Positions 1 to 27,790 of a stretch of 64,000 bases of DNA are shown piece by piece. The notes beneath the pieces were generated by a model. It was not told the origin of the DNA. It made no database searches and was given only the letters and a program-made list of their open reading frames with translations. Position numbers and translations under genes: made by a program. The DNA comes from Macrostomum lignano (lineage: Eukaryota). Position 1 is the stretch's first letter, and every line of letters starts with the position of its first letter. The stretch lies in NCBI GenBank assembly GCA_002269645.1, contig NIVC01003605.1:24470-88469 (forward strand), in the 5' to 3' direction.

Positions 1-200
1 TCACCAAAAGTACATTACACTCGGACAGTCACTAAAAGTACATTGCACCCGGACAGTCACCAAAAGTACATTACAACAGGACAGTCACCAAAGATGCAGT
101 CCGCATTAACAGTCACCAAAAGTACCTTGCATCTGATTATCACCAAAAGTACATTACGCACAAACAGTCGCTAAAAGTGCATTACATCCGAACTTTCAGC
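1..200. repeat. Degenerate ~29-bp intronic tandem repeat (CAGTCACCAAAAGTACATTACAC...)
   Basis: About 6-7 diverged copies of cagtcaccaaaagtacatt followed by a variable tail; runs off the window start. Confidence 0.75.
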
Positions 201-355
201 AATAGTACTTTCCGGTACATGAAAGTTCATTCGTAAATCTTCATCAGAAAACAATTGAAATTAACTACAAAAAAGCACAGAGCAAACAAAAGTACACTGA
301 ATCTGAAGCAGAATCAACAAAAGTACATCTCCCTCTAAATCGCCCCACACCGCAG

Positions 356-15797
<15,442 letters not shown>

Positions 15798-18700
15798 GAG
15801 CAGTCCCAGAGAATTCGATGAAAAGTAGCCATGTGTCAATTGCAAATATGAGCTTATCCTGATTCTTATTTGTAACTGAAAGCAGAGCTTATCTTCAAAG
15901 ATTCCAGCTGCAGCAAATAGCTTTTTGAGCAAAATTTGCGCGAGCTTTTTCCATGAAATTCCCGACTTTTATCTACTTTTTTAGCGTTCGATCCTTTTGT
16001 GCTTATCTGAGCAGTATCTGAATATATTCAATACTCCAATATATTATTCACATAGCACTGTTGTGAATGAACTTTGTAACACTGATGTGACTGTCTTTTT
16101 ATTTTCCTATTTAATAATTGATCCAATGGCTATATCATTCGTATTGTTCGATGTTCGACGCAATCCTTGTATACAGTGCTTGGAGGTTACATAATTTCAT
16201 CTTGTGGTGCCGTGACGTCTGTGTACATGTTCGTAATCGTTTCTGTACTATATTTGTACTATTTCATTAAGTAAAATAATTACATGTAATTTGGACTGGT
16301 ATAAATTTTTCATTAAATTATTTTATTTTTTTCCCTAATATAATAACCGTGACGTTATTTTGTTTTAGGGTGTAAAATTTGTCCACGCATCTTGTCTGGC
16401 TGATGTCCTCATTAACTTTCTATTTCCTTTGCGACAGTCTTTTGACAAAACTGTTCCTGTTCGTTGCTGTGTGCGCAAAAATTGCGTTTTGTCGCATTTT
16501 TTATCTACAATTTCATTATTTTACTAACCATGTATATTTATTAAGCTATTTTTAACTGAATTGTTATATTGCTTTAAATTCGAAACTTTATTTGTCAGTC
16601 CTAGCTTCTATTGTTCAATGATCGAGCAGAATTACCAACGCGTATTAAAGAAAGCAAAAACACCCTTTTTAACAAATTATTTATAATTTTCTCTATTGTA
16701 TTTGAAACCGATGGTTTCTTTAAATTTTTGGCGCCAAAGCACTAATTGCTAAAACTCATGTCGAGTTGCTGTCATCGCATCTGTGTTAAGCAAGCTTTTA
16801 TTATCAGGCTTGCTGATTTATTCTTTGTCTTAATTCTTCGCGCCATTTTATTAAGGAATTTATCGCTAATAACTATCAAATTTTGTGTCATATTTACTAC
16901 ACTTGCCGACTTTACTGTGAATCATTTAGTTTTTCTCTTTTCCTATACCTTCTCTTACAGTTTTATTGAAATATTTGTGTCTTTTGTGTATTTTCATTCA
17001 CTAAAATAAATACAAACCAGGGGAGACCGGGATTTCTTCGAGATGTATTATAGTTTGTGTTCTTAAAATGCTAGTGTTTTTAGTTATACCAGTCAACTAC
17101 AAATTTTACCTACTAAAGTAGAGTTGATTGTGTAAAATTTGAATTACGGTACATGCACATGTACATGTACACGGGTAACTCATTATTAATTAAAAAATCA
17201 GGTATACAATTATTTCGTGTGCATTGAAACCTCCAGTTGGAAAAAATGCAGTACATATGCAGTTTATGGTGTCTTTCTGAATGATGCTCATACATATATG
17301 TGATCAGTTGTGCTGAAAGCAAGTAGCATGCGTGACCATGGGGTTTCCATTTCCAAAGGAAACAGTGTGATGTTTTGAGCAAATTTATATTTTAAAATAA
17401 TTAACACTATTAATTATTACAAAATTTGCGTTTCTCTACTGTTTGGAGAACATTAATATGAAAAATAAGCTGAAAATGTAGTTGTTAAGGACTTGCCACA
17501 ATTGTGCGCTTGTTCGTTAAAAAGCGTTCAGTTTTTTAATAGCTAGCGTTGATTAATTGCATGATTGTGTAGTTAAAATATTTTTAATTACCAGGTTAAC
17601 GAAATTTTCGTTAGAAAGTTTCATTTTTACCACATATAGATAGCTTTAATTTTGTCTGAATAAGTAGCTCCGCAAATTCTCCATCATTTATTTTGCTTTC
17701 TACTGGTAGCAATTAGCTATGCATATGTAACGATCGAGAATTATCGACAGGTCCATAAATACATAACCGTAGTTTTGAATATGGGCGACATCGCTATCCG
17801 GGGCTTATGTTGTTACTATTCTGAAAAGTAGGCGGATTTTTTTGGAGAGATCAGTAAAATAAATAAATCGAATGAATCGACAAGGTCGCAACCATGTTCT
17901 CAGCTGTCCTAAAAAGACATCTGCAACGTAATATATAGCGCATATGTTCCTTTCAGTTAACCTTAATGATTAGCTTATTGGCAATAAGCGGTTTCGGTAT
18001 TTTTTGTAAACAATGAGTTGAAAATTTAGGCTTTTTTAGTTAATGACTCGCCAATAGAAAACAAACGAGTCAAAGCCAAGAAGTCAACGCTTTTCAGGAA
18101 CCGATAACATGCTCGATATATTTTGAACAAAGTATTCTAATCAGCCGTTGGCTGGTCATCATAGAAATCAGTAAATAAAAATATTGTCTTTAGATACAAA
18201 TAACACAAAAGAGTTTTCTTCCGATACCATTACCCTGCCTTCTCCAATAAGAAGACATTTCACGGTTGCTTTGTTTTGACATTTGATGTCTCAATTGTCA
18301 GAGGTGTGAACCAGCCTTAAAAGCATACTTTTACTTTAACAAATTACCTCAATAAGTATGAATTAATTCTTATTAGCTTTATATTGCGATAAGTAAAACA
18401 ATTTAGCCTTCACAGAAGGCAAACAAAAAAAGCCGTAATACTCGTAAGAGAACAGTAAACATCTGTTTCTTTGAATTTGAAAATATGTCAAAACAGCCGC
18501 AAAGAAATCGAAAAGTTAAAAACGCAAAGAAAAATTAATTATTCAAAGAAACGAAAATTCGACTGCATGGAGAAAGTTTTGCGAACTGGATCCAGTTCAG
18601 AAGGTATTGCAGGAGTTTCGCTTATTCCACAATAGTGAAAAGTTGTACAATGGCACAAATTCGAAATTTAATTAATATTAATGAAGTCCAGAAATCTTGG

Positions 18701-18954
18701 AGTAAAGTTTTTCTTCTTCGCATTAGCAAATTAATCGATGATGCAGATTGCAAATGAGATGGAAGATCGTAGAGAGCTTTCTGGTGATCTTTCTTTGCGT
18801 TGCAACAACTGTAATTATAAAGTACTGCGTACATAAAAACGAATTCAAATGGTTTGATTGGTACCAACTGCTCAAAATGATCTATCTTGATGTTCACTGC
18901 AAACAGCTCATCAAAACGCTTATAATTTTCTACTAGTCATCAGCATCGACTGAA

Positions 18955-21673
18955 TCAGTTCAATTCCAGCAGCTGGCCAGGCACCAGACCCCTGTGCCCA
19001 TTCACCTCAGCGTTATACATTCCGTCGGGGCGCATCGGACCGAACGTCGTAACATCGTCGCCGCGGCGCAGCTCAAGTTCATAAGAGGGAAAAGCGGATG
19101 GTGATTCTTCACTCGGTCGGTAGTCTCTAGCAGCGCGTCGCTTTGCACCCTGTTGCTGCTGTGGCTCCTCATGAGGCTGCAGATGTGACGGTGAAAACTG
19201 CGGCGGTGACTGCTGTGACTGATACTTGGGCGCCGGCGAAGAGTAATATGGATCCATAGGCCCGCTGCTTGGCCGGCCTATGGGGGCGTCGTCCCTGCCC
19301 GGACTGCGACCTTTAGCGGCATCGCCTGCCGGTATTTCAATCTTGTCCGATGTTTCACCATCGTAGCCGAATGTCTGAACGCCCAGTGAGACGAGAGCGC
19401 CAAGTGAAGTCTTCGGAATGAGCGACTTGGTTAGGCGGCAGCTCACCACGGTCTGCTCCTCGACACCATTCACGAACACTCTGTAGCCAGCAACCACAAC
19501 GCCTTGGTTCCGGTCCAGATTGTCCAGCTGCGGCGCTTCCCACTCCAGCATGATGCTGCCGTCGCCAAGGACGCGGCTAATGCGTACGTTCATCGGCGGA
19601 TCGAGCAGCCGAGGTGTCGGCCGATTTCTTGTGGGCTCAATGTCGGCGCGACTCAACCTGGCAGCAGTAGGTCTGGTCTGTGGTGGCGAACGGCCCCGCT
19701 GTCGCACTGGTTCGGGCTGCACAGGGTACGCCGCAGCTGCTGGACTATAGGGACTCGAGTACGGATCGTCAGCGGGATGATTTTGCGGCTGTCGCGAGGC
19801 GCGAAGTGATGGATAGTCATTTGAATCGTCACGTGTCGGTTGCTGTTGCTGCGGATGAGACTGGTACTGAGGTTTAATTGGATCTTCCGGTTGCTGGTGT
19901 TGATGTGGATCACGATTATTAGCGTAATTTGGGTAATCACTCTCAGGCTTCTGCTGCTGCGGCTTCTGTTGTTGCTGGTATTGTGTGGCAGCGCGCGGCT
20001 CGTATGCGGCTTTTGGCGACGCTGGAGGATCTTCATAGGCAGGTGAGTAATAAGGCTGTTTTTGTGGCTGCTTCTGTGGCTGTTTTTGCTGCTGCTGCTC
20101 CGATTGCGACAGTGGTGAAAGCGGTGCCTGGTCACTGGATCTGGGTCGACCCTGTGACTTTGCGACGATCTGCTCTGAGAGCGGCGTGTCGTCCGGGTTG
20201 ACCAGGTAGTCGATTGGATCAACATAGTCATCTACAGTTTTCCTCTGATTCTGATCCGCCTCCTGCAGCAGCTCCCTCGGCAAGCGCTCCCCACCTCCGC
20301 GAAGCTCGTTAGCCAGGCGTCGAATCAGGTCGTCCTTCTCCTTGCAGCGTTTTTGCAAGCGCTCAACTTTTGGCCTCAGCTTTGCAACAAGCAGCTCGTT
20401 CTTGAACTTGTCTCGCTCTAGGTCTTCGTAGCGCTTCTTAATTTTGTGAAAGTCAGTCTCAAGATCGCGGTAGAAGTCATTCTCACGCTCAAGCTCGTTA
20501 AGAACATCCTTGAGCTTCCCCAACTCCTGCTGCAGGCCCTGTTCATCTGTGGACTTTTCTCGCAACATGTCCTTGAGCTGCTGGGTCTCAACTAGCAAGT
20601 CTCGTCGATCCTTTAAAACTTTATTTTTGTCCTTTAAGGCCATTTTCAGATCATGCACTAGTTCCTCAAGGGTCTCCTTGTCTCGTTTAAGTGTCTCAAG
20701 ATGGAACACTTTAGCTTCCAGTGCTCGCACAGCTTCAGAAATATAGGCGTTCTCTTCTTCAAGGTTTCGACATCGTTCGCGGTAGTCAGCGAGCTTGTCC
20801 ACCTGCTCTTTAAGCGCCTTGTTCTCGCGCTCGGCTGTTCGATAGTGACTGTCCGACACCGCTTTTTCGTTCTCCGCACTAGCGATGGAGCTCTTAGCTT
20901 CAACAAGTTCGCGGTTTAGGTTCTCAATCTGCTCATTTTTTGCTCTTACCTCTCTCTCCTTTCTCGCTAGCTGGTTTTGCAGACTTTTTAACTCAGATTT
21001 GGCGCCATCAACCTCCAACTCGATGCTTGCCAGTTCATCTTTGGTCCTGTCTAGCTCCTCGCTAACCGCCTGCAATCTTTCAGCCTCCTTCAGTGCATTC
21101 TTAGCGACAATGACTCGATCCAGGTTGTCTACTTCTGACTGCAGCTGAAATATCATGCGCTCTTTGTCAGCAATGTCTTCACCAAGCCTTGCATTGTCCT
21201 CCGTGAGGTCGGCGATGACTTTCTCCTGGTTGCTGATTTGTCTCTCCTTGTCCTTGATCAGGTGCCTCAGCATGTAGGCATCGTCCGCTATTTTCAGCTT
21301 GCGATTCATTTCGCGTTCAATGTATCGATTTGTGTCCAGCTCGCGGCTTTGAGCACGGTTCTCCGTTTTCAGATCGTCTAGCTCAGACTCATGGGGCTGG
21401 TGAGAGCGTCTAGCTGCTTGAGAAGCGTAACTAGTACCGTTCTCAGCGCCACCATTCTCTTGCTGCAACTGCTTATTGAGCCAAGGTGACGTCACTGGCT
21501 GGGTGCCGTTTGGATGTTCGTCCCTCAGGGTGGAGTTCTTCAAACGCTGTGGGTCCTGATGTTGGTGCTGATGAGGCGGCGGTTGTTGGCTTTGACCGAA
21601 CCCGTTGTCTTCGTGTTGATGCGGAGGACGCTCTCGAATTGACGGCTTCTTTGGCACTGGCGGAGGCTGACGT

Positions 21674-21705
<32 letters not shown>

Positions 21706-21774
21706 TTGTTGCTGAAACTGGTTATAGCTCAGCGGCCTAGGATTCGGATATGACTGCGGCTGCTGACTTGTCAT
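18955..21774 (-). CDS. RIMBP: Intronless RIMS-binding-protein-like protein (939 aa): Q/P-rich N-terminus, long coiled coil, one FN3 domain, C-terminal SH3
   Basis: Uninterrupted 939-aa ORF. FN3-like PPMNVRISRVLGDGSIMLEWEAP...VAGYRVFVNG; RIMBP-type SH3 with the SP insert, ARDYRPSEESPSAFPSYELELRRGDDVTTFGPMRPDGMYNAEVNGHRGLVP; heptad-rich centre. Confidence 0.85.
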
Positions 21775-22595
21775 GATTATACAATTGCAGCAACTTCGCT
21801 CTCTGCTTCAAAGTTTTTTTGAAGTTTTCCTTAGAAAACTGTTAATAGCCTGTGTCTGTTGTTGAAGAATCGCTAATCCTGTATCAAAGTTGGTCGCGCC
21901 TCTCTGCGTAACGCTTCTAGCTTTTATTGACGGAATAAGCTAACTATCGAGCTGGTTGTCAAAGCTAATTTGGGCGGTTCCCTGCCAAACAACAGGCGTC
22001 TAGAGAGGAGAGAGGCGGGGGTTGTTAACGGAGTCGGTACGAGCTCTGTGCGCATAAAACACCGCGGGAGGCAGAAGGCTTGTGCGACTCTTAGGCTGAA
22101 CAGCTTGGCTGCCTAGGTCTGACGCACTTTGGGGAGGGGGGGGGGCTGGCTGAAAGGGCTGCTCAGACCGAGGCAAGAAGCCGAAATATGCGGGTGATCA
22201 GAATAATCGATTTCTTCTCGCCGCGATCGCCTATTTGGACGTCAGGGTCTCAGCTGGCCCTAGCAGTCTCGGGCTCTCTCTCCCTTTTCCTCTCTCCATT
22301 GCCACGTTTCAACCCCTGCTCCCGTGAGAAGGGGGTAGAGGGGAGCGAGAGGAAAAAATAGCTGCGGTATTTTAGTAGCAAAGCTGGTGGCAGCATACCA
22401 GCGTAGCTGTGCAGATCTTATTGATCTGATCAATTCCTTTCGGCATGCTGGAATGCTTTCACAATCCCAAGTCAGAAGCACCACCAGGCTTAAGCAAGTT
22501 TCAGCTCTTCGAGGTCACTTTAGGAAGGAACTTTGTGAAGGATTATTTAATCAACTTTGCCTGTTCGCCTTGCCTATGTCCCTAGTGTTAAGCTC

Positions 22596-24260
22596 GCGGA
22601 GATTATTGGTAGCGTTAACTCCGCTACCATAGACAAACTTAAAATTGATAGTAAAACAAAAACACGTATATTTATTGAACGTTAAAACGGTAAACAAGCG
22701 TTTAGTCAGTTATAGTTGTTTTAGTTCGTTAGTCTACAACTTTTTATTGCTATCACTATTGCATCTTGTTTGTCGGGGAACTGAAATTGATCGTGGTTGG
22801 CCCGTAGAAGTTTAGTACAGGGGCGGACCATTGTTGACTTAGAGCCAAAGCCTGCGGTCCGGAAATATTGGAGTTGCCTTTGGCAATTGCTCTTCAACCT
22901 CACTCACGCCGCTCGTTTTGGCTGCGGCAGTGGGCTCTCCATATAGTACTGCCGACATGTTCTTCTCTGACTTACGGACGTCGATGTAGGACCTGTCAGC
23001 CTTTTCGGTAATCCTTCCAGTCTTCTGGCTTGCTATTTCCTTACTGATGCCGCCTTCCACCAACCTAGTCTTGCAGGTCCGACGCAGACTACTGTTCGTG
23101 ATAGGTCCGGTCGTACTGCCGGCTTCAATCTGCTTGCCAGAGAACAGATTCTTCACGACGTTTTCAATCGTATGCACACCCATTGGTTGACTACGATACC
23201 ATATATCAGATGTCGGCGCCTTGATCGGTGTCAGATAGAACGCAGAGTGACCCTTGAGTCCGAATTGCTCCGGCCGGTGACGAACGTAGGTCTTATACAT
23301 CGTGATGACACATTTGTCTGGGTCGCCATTCGAATAGATCCTGGTTGTTTTCAGCTCAACGTGTGCCTTGTGCAAACCAACTCTCCCGTTCTTCGACATT
23401 CGCTCGGTGTACACCAGACATTCAGTGTCATTTTCCTTGACGAGCACAAGCTGCGATCGCTCACCGAATTCTAACGCGCGATGTTCAGCACTCGCTCTGA
23501 GCGATAGGTGCAGACCTACCAGGGGTAAGTGGTACAGCAGGGTATTCACCAGCTGCGTCGGATTAGACATTCCGAAACGTCCCTCTGCCCAGAGTTGCAC
23601 TTCTTCGTCTAGGCCGATTACCCTCGCTCGCTTTGGTGTAAGTAAGATGAAAACCTGATTTGGCACTCAATTTCATGGCGGCGTCGATGCACTGCCTGGT
23701 TAGGACGAACTCGTTGTCCTTGAAGATGGACCAATCATGCAGAAACTTTGTTTGTAGGTGGAACTGGATACTGGCGACAAAACCTTTGATCGTGGCAGGC
23801 GGGTACATATCTCCGTTGTCCTTGCGCAGTTCAAGCAGAAAGCACTGCAGCACGTAGTCCCATTCCTTCTTGCTCCACTCGAACATATCCTTCACAACTT
23901 TCAACTGAGCAGTTTGGCGCACTCGCCAGTCAGTATACCAAGCGCACAGTTTATTCCAATTGCTACGAACCTTTTTGGCCGTTGTTTTTGGAATTCGCGA
24001 GTCTCTAAATTCGGCAAGCCGGACGTCAACGTTGGTGCTAGTGCTTTGCACTGTAGACGCTTCTTCATTGGTAATCGTTCGCATCACTTCCATTATATCG
24101 TCAGCGGTTAGCTCCTCCATTTTGGTAAAATTTGTGGCTTGTTTATTTCACAGCTTGCTTCTCTCTTCCTAAACCATCAGTCCTCTTTGATTTAGACTTG
24201 GTATTTTACCATAGACAATACAGGGAGCGGAGATTTAAATCTCCGCCGGAGATTAACTCG
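22596..24260 (-). mobile_element. Crypton-type DNA transposon (DUF3504 / ZMYM-like tyrosine recombinase)
   Basis: Recombinase ORF flanked by the 12-bp direct repeat TACCATAGACAA (22625-22636 and 24207-24218) and by GCGGAG...CTCCGC inverted repeats (22596-22624 and 24227-24246). Exact ends are uncertain. Confidence 0.7.
22839..24120 (-). pseudogene. Crypton tyrosine recombinase ORF split by a single 4-bp duplication
   Basis: ORFs 23563-24120 and 22839-23666 fuse if one GTAA at 23638-23645 is removed. Motifs LQCFLLELRKDNGDMYPPATIK, LSLRASAEHRAL, YTERMSKN, FYLTP..WY..QPMGVHTI and TNSSLRRT...TG..SY are typical of the DUF3504 family. Confidence 0.88.
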
Positions 24261-24327
24261 TGCTAAATATAGATTGCCTCGAGGCTTACAGGCTGTTGAT
24301 TAAATTAAAATCAACCACTGAAGCGAA

Positions 24328-24444
24328 ACAATAAATGTGTAATAAACCACTGAAACGAGGAGATACTCTATGCAGATTCAGAAGCCGAGGAGATTTTGCC
24401 ATAGAGTATCTCCTCGTTTCAGTGGTTTATTACACATTTATTGT
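24328..24444. repeat. Perfect 45-bp inverted repeat with a 27-bp spacer
   Basis: 24328-24372 is the exact reverse complement of 24400-24444. Confidence 0.95.
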
Positions 24445-24497
24445 GCGGAAATGGGCTGTGGAAGACGGGTTTTATAGATTAAAAAATTACACAAATG

Positions 24498-24730
<233 letters not shown>

Positions 24731-25223
24731 CTCAAAACCAAAGATAAAAAATCAGTTCAGAAAACACTCAGTATCCCGAAAGTGCTTTGAGAGCGCTTTG
24801 TCCCAGGCTCCTGCTTAGCTAGTCAAGTAAATCAATCAATCATTCCGTACTAGTAAACAAGCAGTTCGCATTGGCACCCGCATTAGGCAGTGACAAGTAT
24901 CTTGGCTCTCTGCAGCGTAAAAATAGGATGGAAAAGCCCAGCTTACTCCCTCTGAGTTCCAAGGCCGGCCATCTTTGACATGAATAATTAAATGGTATTA
25001 GAGTTGCAGAAGCTCTTTGGAGGTGCTCAGCTCTGGTCGCGGACGAAAATAGATTGCAGAAAGACGTGCGACCCGCTCGCTCGATCGTGTCTGCCAGTTC
25101 AAGTGGTGCATCTAACAGTCAGGTTCGAGTGCTCTTAGAGGCTGTCTCAAGGTTACTGACGGGCTGCGCTCGGCTAGTTTCTGCGAGAATGACGCAATCG
25201 AAAATCTCCCTCTGATACAAGAA

Positions 25224-25380
25224 TGCGTCAGCAAGAAGGCAGTCGACGAAACGCTGAGTGCGGGTCTGCCCACGGTGCCTGCAGCATCAGAAGCAACACC
25301 TCCAGCACCGGCTGCGGGCAGTACGTCTCGGCGCTGTCATGTGGCCTTCCAGCTGGAGTTGCCGACGTCGCAACAGGTCA
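25224..25380 (-). mobile_element. Non-LTR retrotransposon (RTE-like) ORF C-terminal fragment
   Basis: With frameshifts, the minus strand reads LQLEGHM..AETYCPQPVLEVLLLMLQAP..QTRTQRFVDCLLADA, matching the LAGH-type C-terminus of LINE ORF2 and the copy at 27430-27790. Confidence 0.65.
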
Positions 25381-25401
25381 CTTGGACGGACCAGGCCAGT
25401 T

Positions 25402-25552
25402 TACATGACTAAATCCGTACAGTATTGTTTTTAACACTCATTATGGCGCCCTGAAGCAAAGTTATTGATTTCCATAACGGGTCACAAGGTGGCGCGGGAG
25501 GACAAAGCACTGACATGTCCCCCAGCCCCCCCCCCCGGTGGCAACGCCCCTG
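25402..25552 (-). mobile_element. Partial copy of the MITE at 8961-10466, lacking the minisatellite array
   Basis: Reverse complement begins CAGGGGCGTTGCCACCGG; 25462-25491 is identical (reverse complement) to 9051-9080. Confidence 0.8.
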
Positions 25553-27374
25553 TTCTAGCATGACCTTTATCCTCACCCGAGGTTGTAAAATACGTACTCA
25601 TACTACCAATACTAATTTCAGCATTATACTAATTAGCCATTACTTATAGCAGATTTGATAGCTAATTTCAACTGATACCCAGCAATCGTGTCAGGACCTT
25701 CTTCCAGCAAAAGAAGTAGCTCGCGAAACTGGCCCATTCACAGGGGAGAGACGTGGAGAAAGTGAGGTTGGAAATGATAGATGGTAGCGGGCAGCGACTT
25801 AGAGGAAGTTGTGCCAAGGAGTGTGAGATAGCGGCTTATTTGGTACGGAGCGCCTGTGCCGCAGATGGAGGGAAGGGGGGGGGGCTAACACCGACCGAAA
25901 GTGGGGAAGATTAGAGGGGATCGAGTGAGGTTCGCCGGCACAGCCACTGCTGCTGTCCCCCAATCGCCTTCCCCCTTCAGCGAATCCAGCTGGACCCTTT
26001 GGTTCCACCTCGTCCCTCTTCGTTCTCCCCTCCTCATCCCCTCTTCCTGTCGACTTCCTAAGCCCTAGTCCTGAGTTTTTTGCATCTCTGATCTCTCTCA
26101 GCCAGCCAACCGCCCAGCGCCAACCGGTCTTCTGCCGCCCTCCCCGGTTCCCTCCTACCGTATTTTAGCTCCCATAGCTGCCCCCCCCCCCTATCTTGCT
26201 GTCCCAGTCGCGGGGAGAAGAGATATAGAAGTGAGGGTGAAGGCGGACAGAGAGACTGAGCGGCCGTTTCAATATTCAGACTGCTGCGCACAATATCTGG
26301 CCTCAGCTGCCACCCCGCACCTCATCGCAGCTGCGCACGACTTCTGAGGTGCCGGGGCCCGTGTGGAATTTTCGAGTCCACCTCCCCATCTCCCTCTCCC
26401 TCCAAGTTCTCCTATTTTTTTCTCCCGATTTCGGCTATCCAGCTACTTCCCGGATCCTGCGGCCTTTCTGTTTCTTGCCAACTAGCATTCGAATACTGTT
26501 TTTTATCAAAAAAGAGGGCCGAGAACGAGAGGGGCCTTGAGAGCTGAGCACAGGAGCCGAACCCGCTGGTCTCGCTGTCTCGCTCTCCTTTACCTTTGCG
26601 CTTTGAAGCAGAAACAAACTTTTATTTCATTGCTTCACTATTCTTATCTTCGATCCTGGTGTACTTTTTCGGAATTTGGCAGCATAAAAACATTTTTTTC
26701 GTAGCCGAATTGGCTTGCCCGCGTGCAGCTCCATCTACTGCGGCGCAGCGTACGCGACTTTGAAGATCTGATTCGATCAGTACGACGCCATGTCCAAGTC
26801 GCCGCGTGAAAAGCACAACAGGTGAGTTTATAGTTTCGATGCGAAATTGGGAAGAAAATAGTTCGCAAGAACTGGTGGATTTCCGTGGCGGACAAAATTG
26901 TGGGCAAAAATGGTAGATCAGTTGAGATACGGTGGAGCGAAGGTTGCGTTGTCGAAGCCACACGCATGCAACTTGTGCCCGTAAAAGTTGTTTAACTAAA
27001 AACAAGTGGTGTCCCTCTTTACGTCCGCAACGATATGCCCTAGGGGGGGGGGTTGTTTCGCAAAGCAGAGTTTCATCTTAGCCCTCTACTTAGGTCCGAT
27101 GTTGGAATTGTAGGTGTTTGACAAAACTATAAGGTGTCGTTTAATAAGGAGTCGAATTTTAGATGTCTCATAGAATTTATTTTGGCTGGCTTCCAAGTTC
27201 GGTGCGACTCAAAGAGAGAGAGAGAGAGAGAGAGAGAAATCAAATTTAAGAGTGAAGTGCTTCACGTAAGAAGTCTGCGGTGAAACCAAAACCATCTGTG
27301 GTAGCAAATAGGTTAAATCGAATGAATATACTTGATACATGCCTCAGCTCAAAATAGAGAAGTATCAGATAAGC

Positions 27375-27790
27375 AAAACAACAACAACAATAACAAAACA
27401 AAAAAGAGTACACGGTCCCAGTAAGTCAGTAGAGGAGCGTCAGATGGGGCTCCAAAGAGCCAGCGAGCGGACAAAGTCCGGCCCATTGACAGTGTCAGGC
27501 GTCCCAGAGTCGCTCAGGATGCAGTCCACGTATCTTTGGGCCCTCACTTGATCGTTGATCCCACCCGAATGATCTTGGCAAAGTGAGCAGCAGGATGCCC
27601 TGGAGAGGCTGAAGGCAGTAGCTAACTGTCAGCCAGGATCATGTGGCCTGCCAGTTGGAGTCTCCGCCTGCACGGGATGGTGGATGGGCGTTGCAGCTGG
27701 GCCCTCTCGTATATTGCGTTGGACCGGACGCTCTCGTCAACTTGAAAGGCTGCCCGAAGCAGCCCCGAGTGAGCCGACGCTAGCGTGGCC
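27375..27790 (-). mobile_element. 5'-truncated non-LTR retrotransposon (RTE-like) 3' end with a (TTG)n tail
   Basis: Minus strand reads AHSGLLRAAFQV..SNAIYERAQLQRPS...RRRLQLAGHMILA..YCLQPLQGILLLTL..QRYVDCILSDSG..DFVRSLAL*, followed by a TTG-rich tail at about 27375-27405. Confidence 0.7.
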
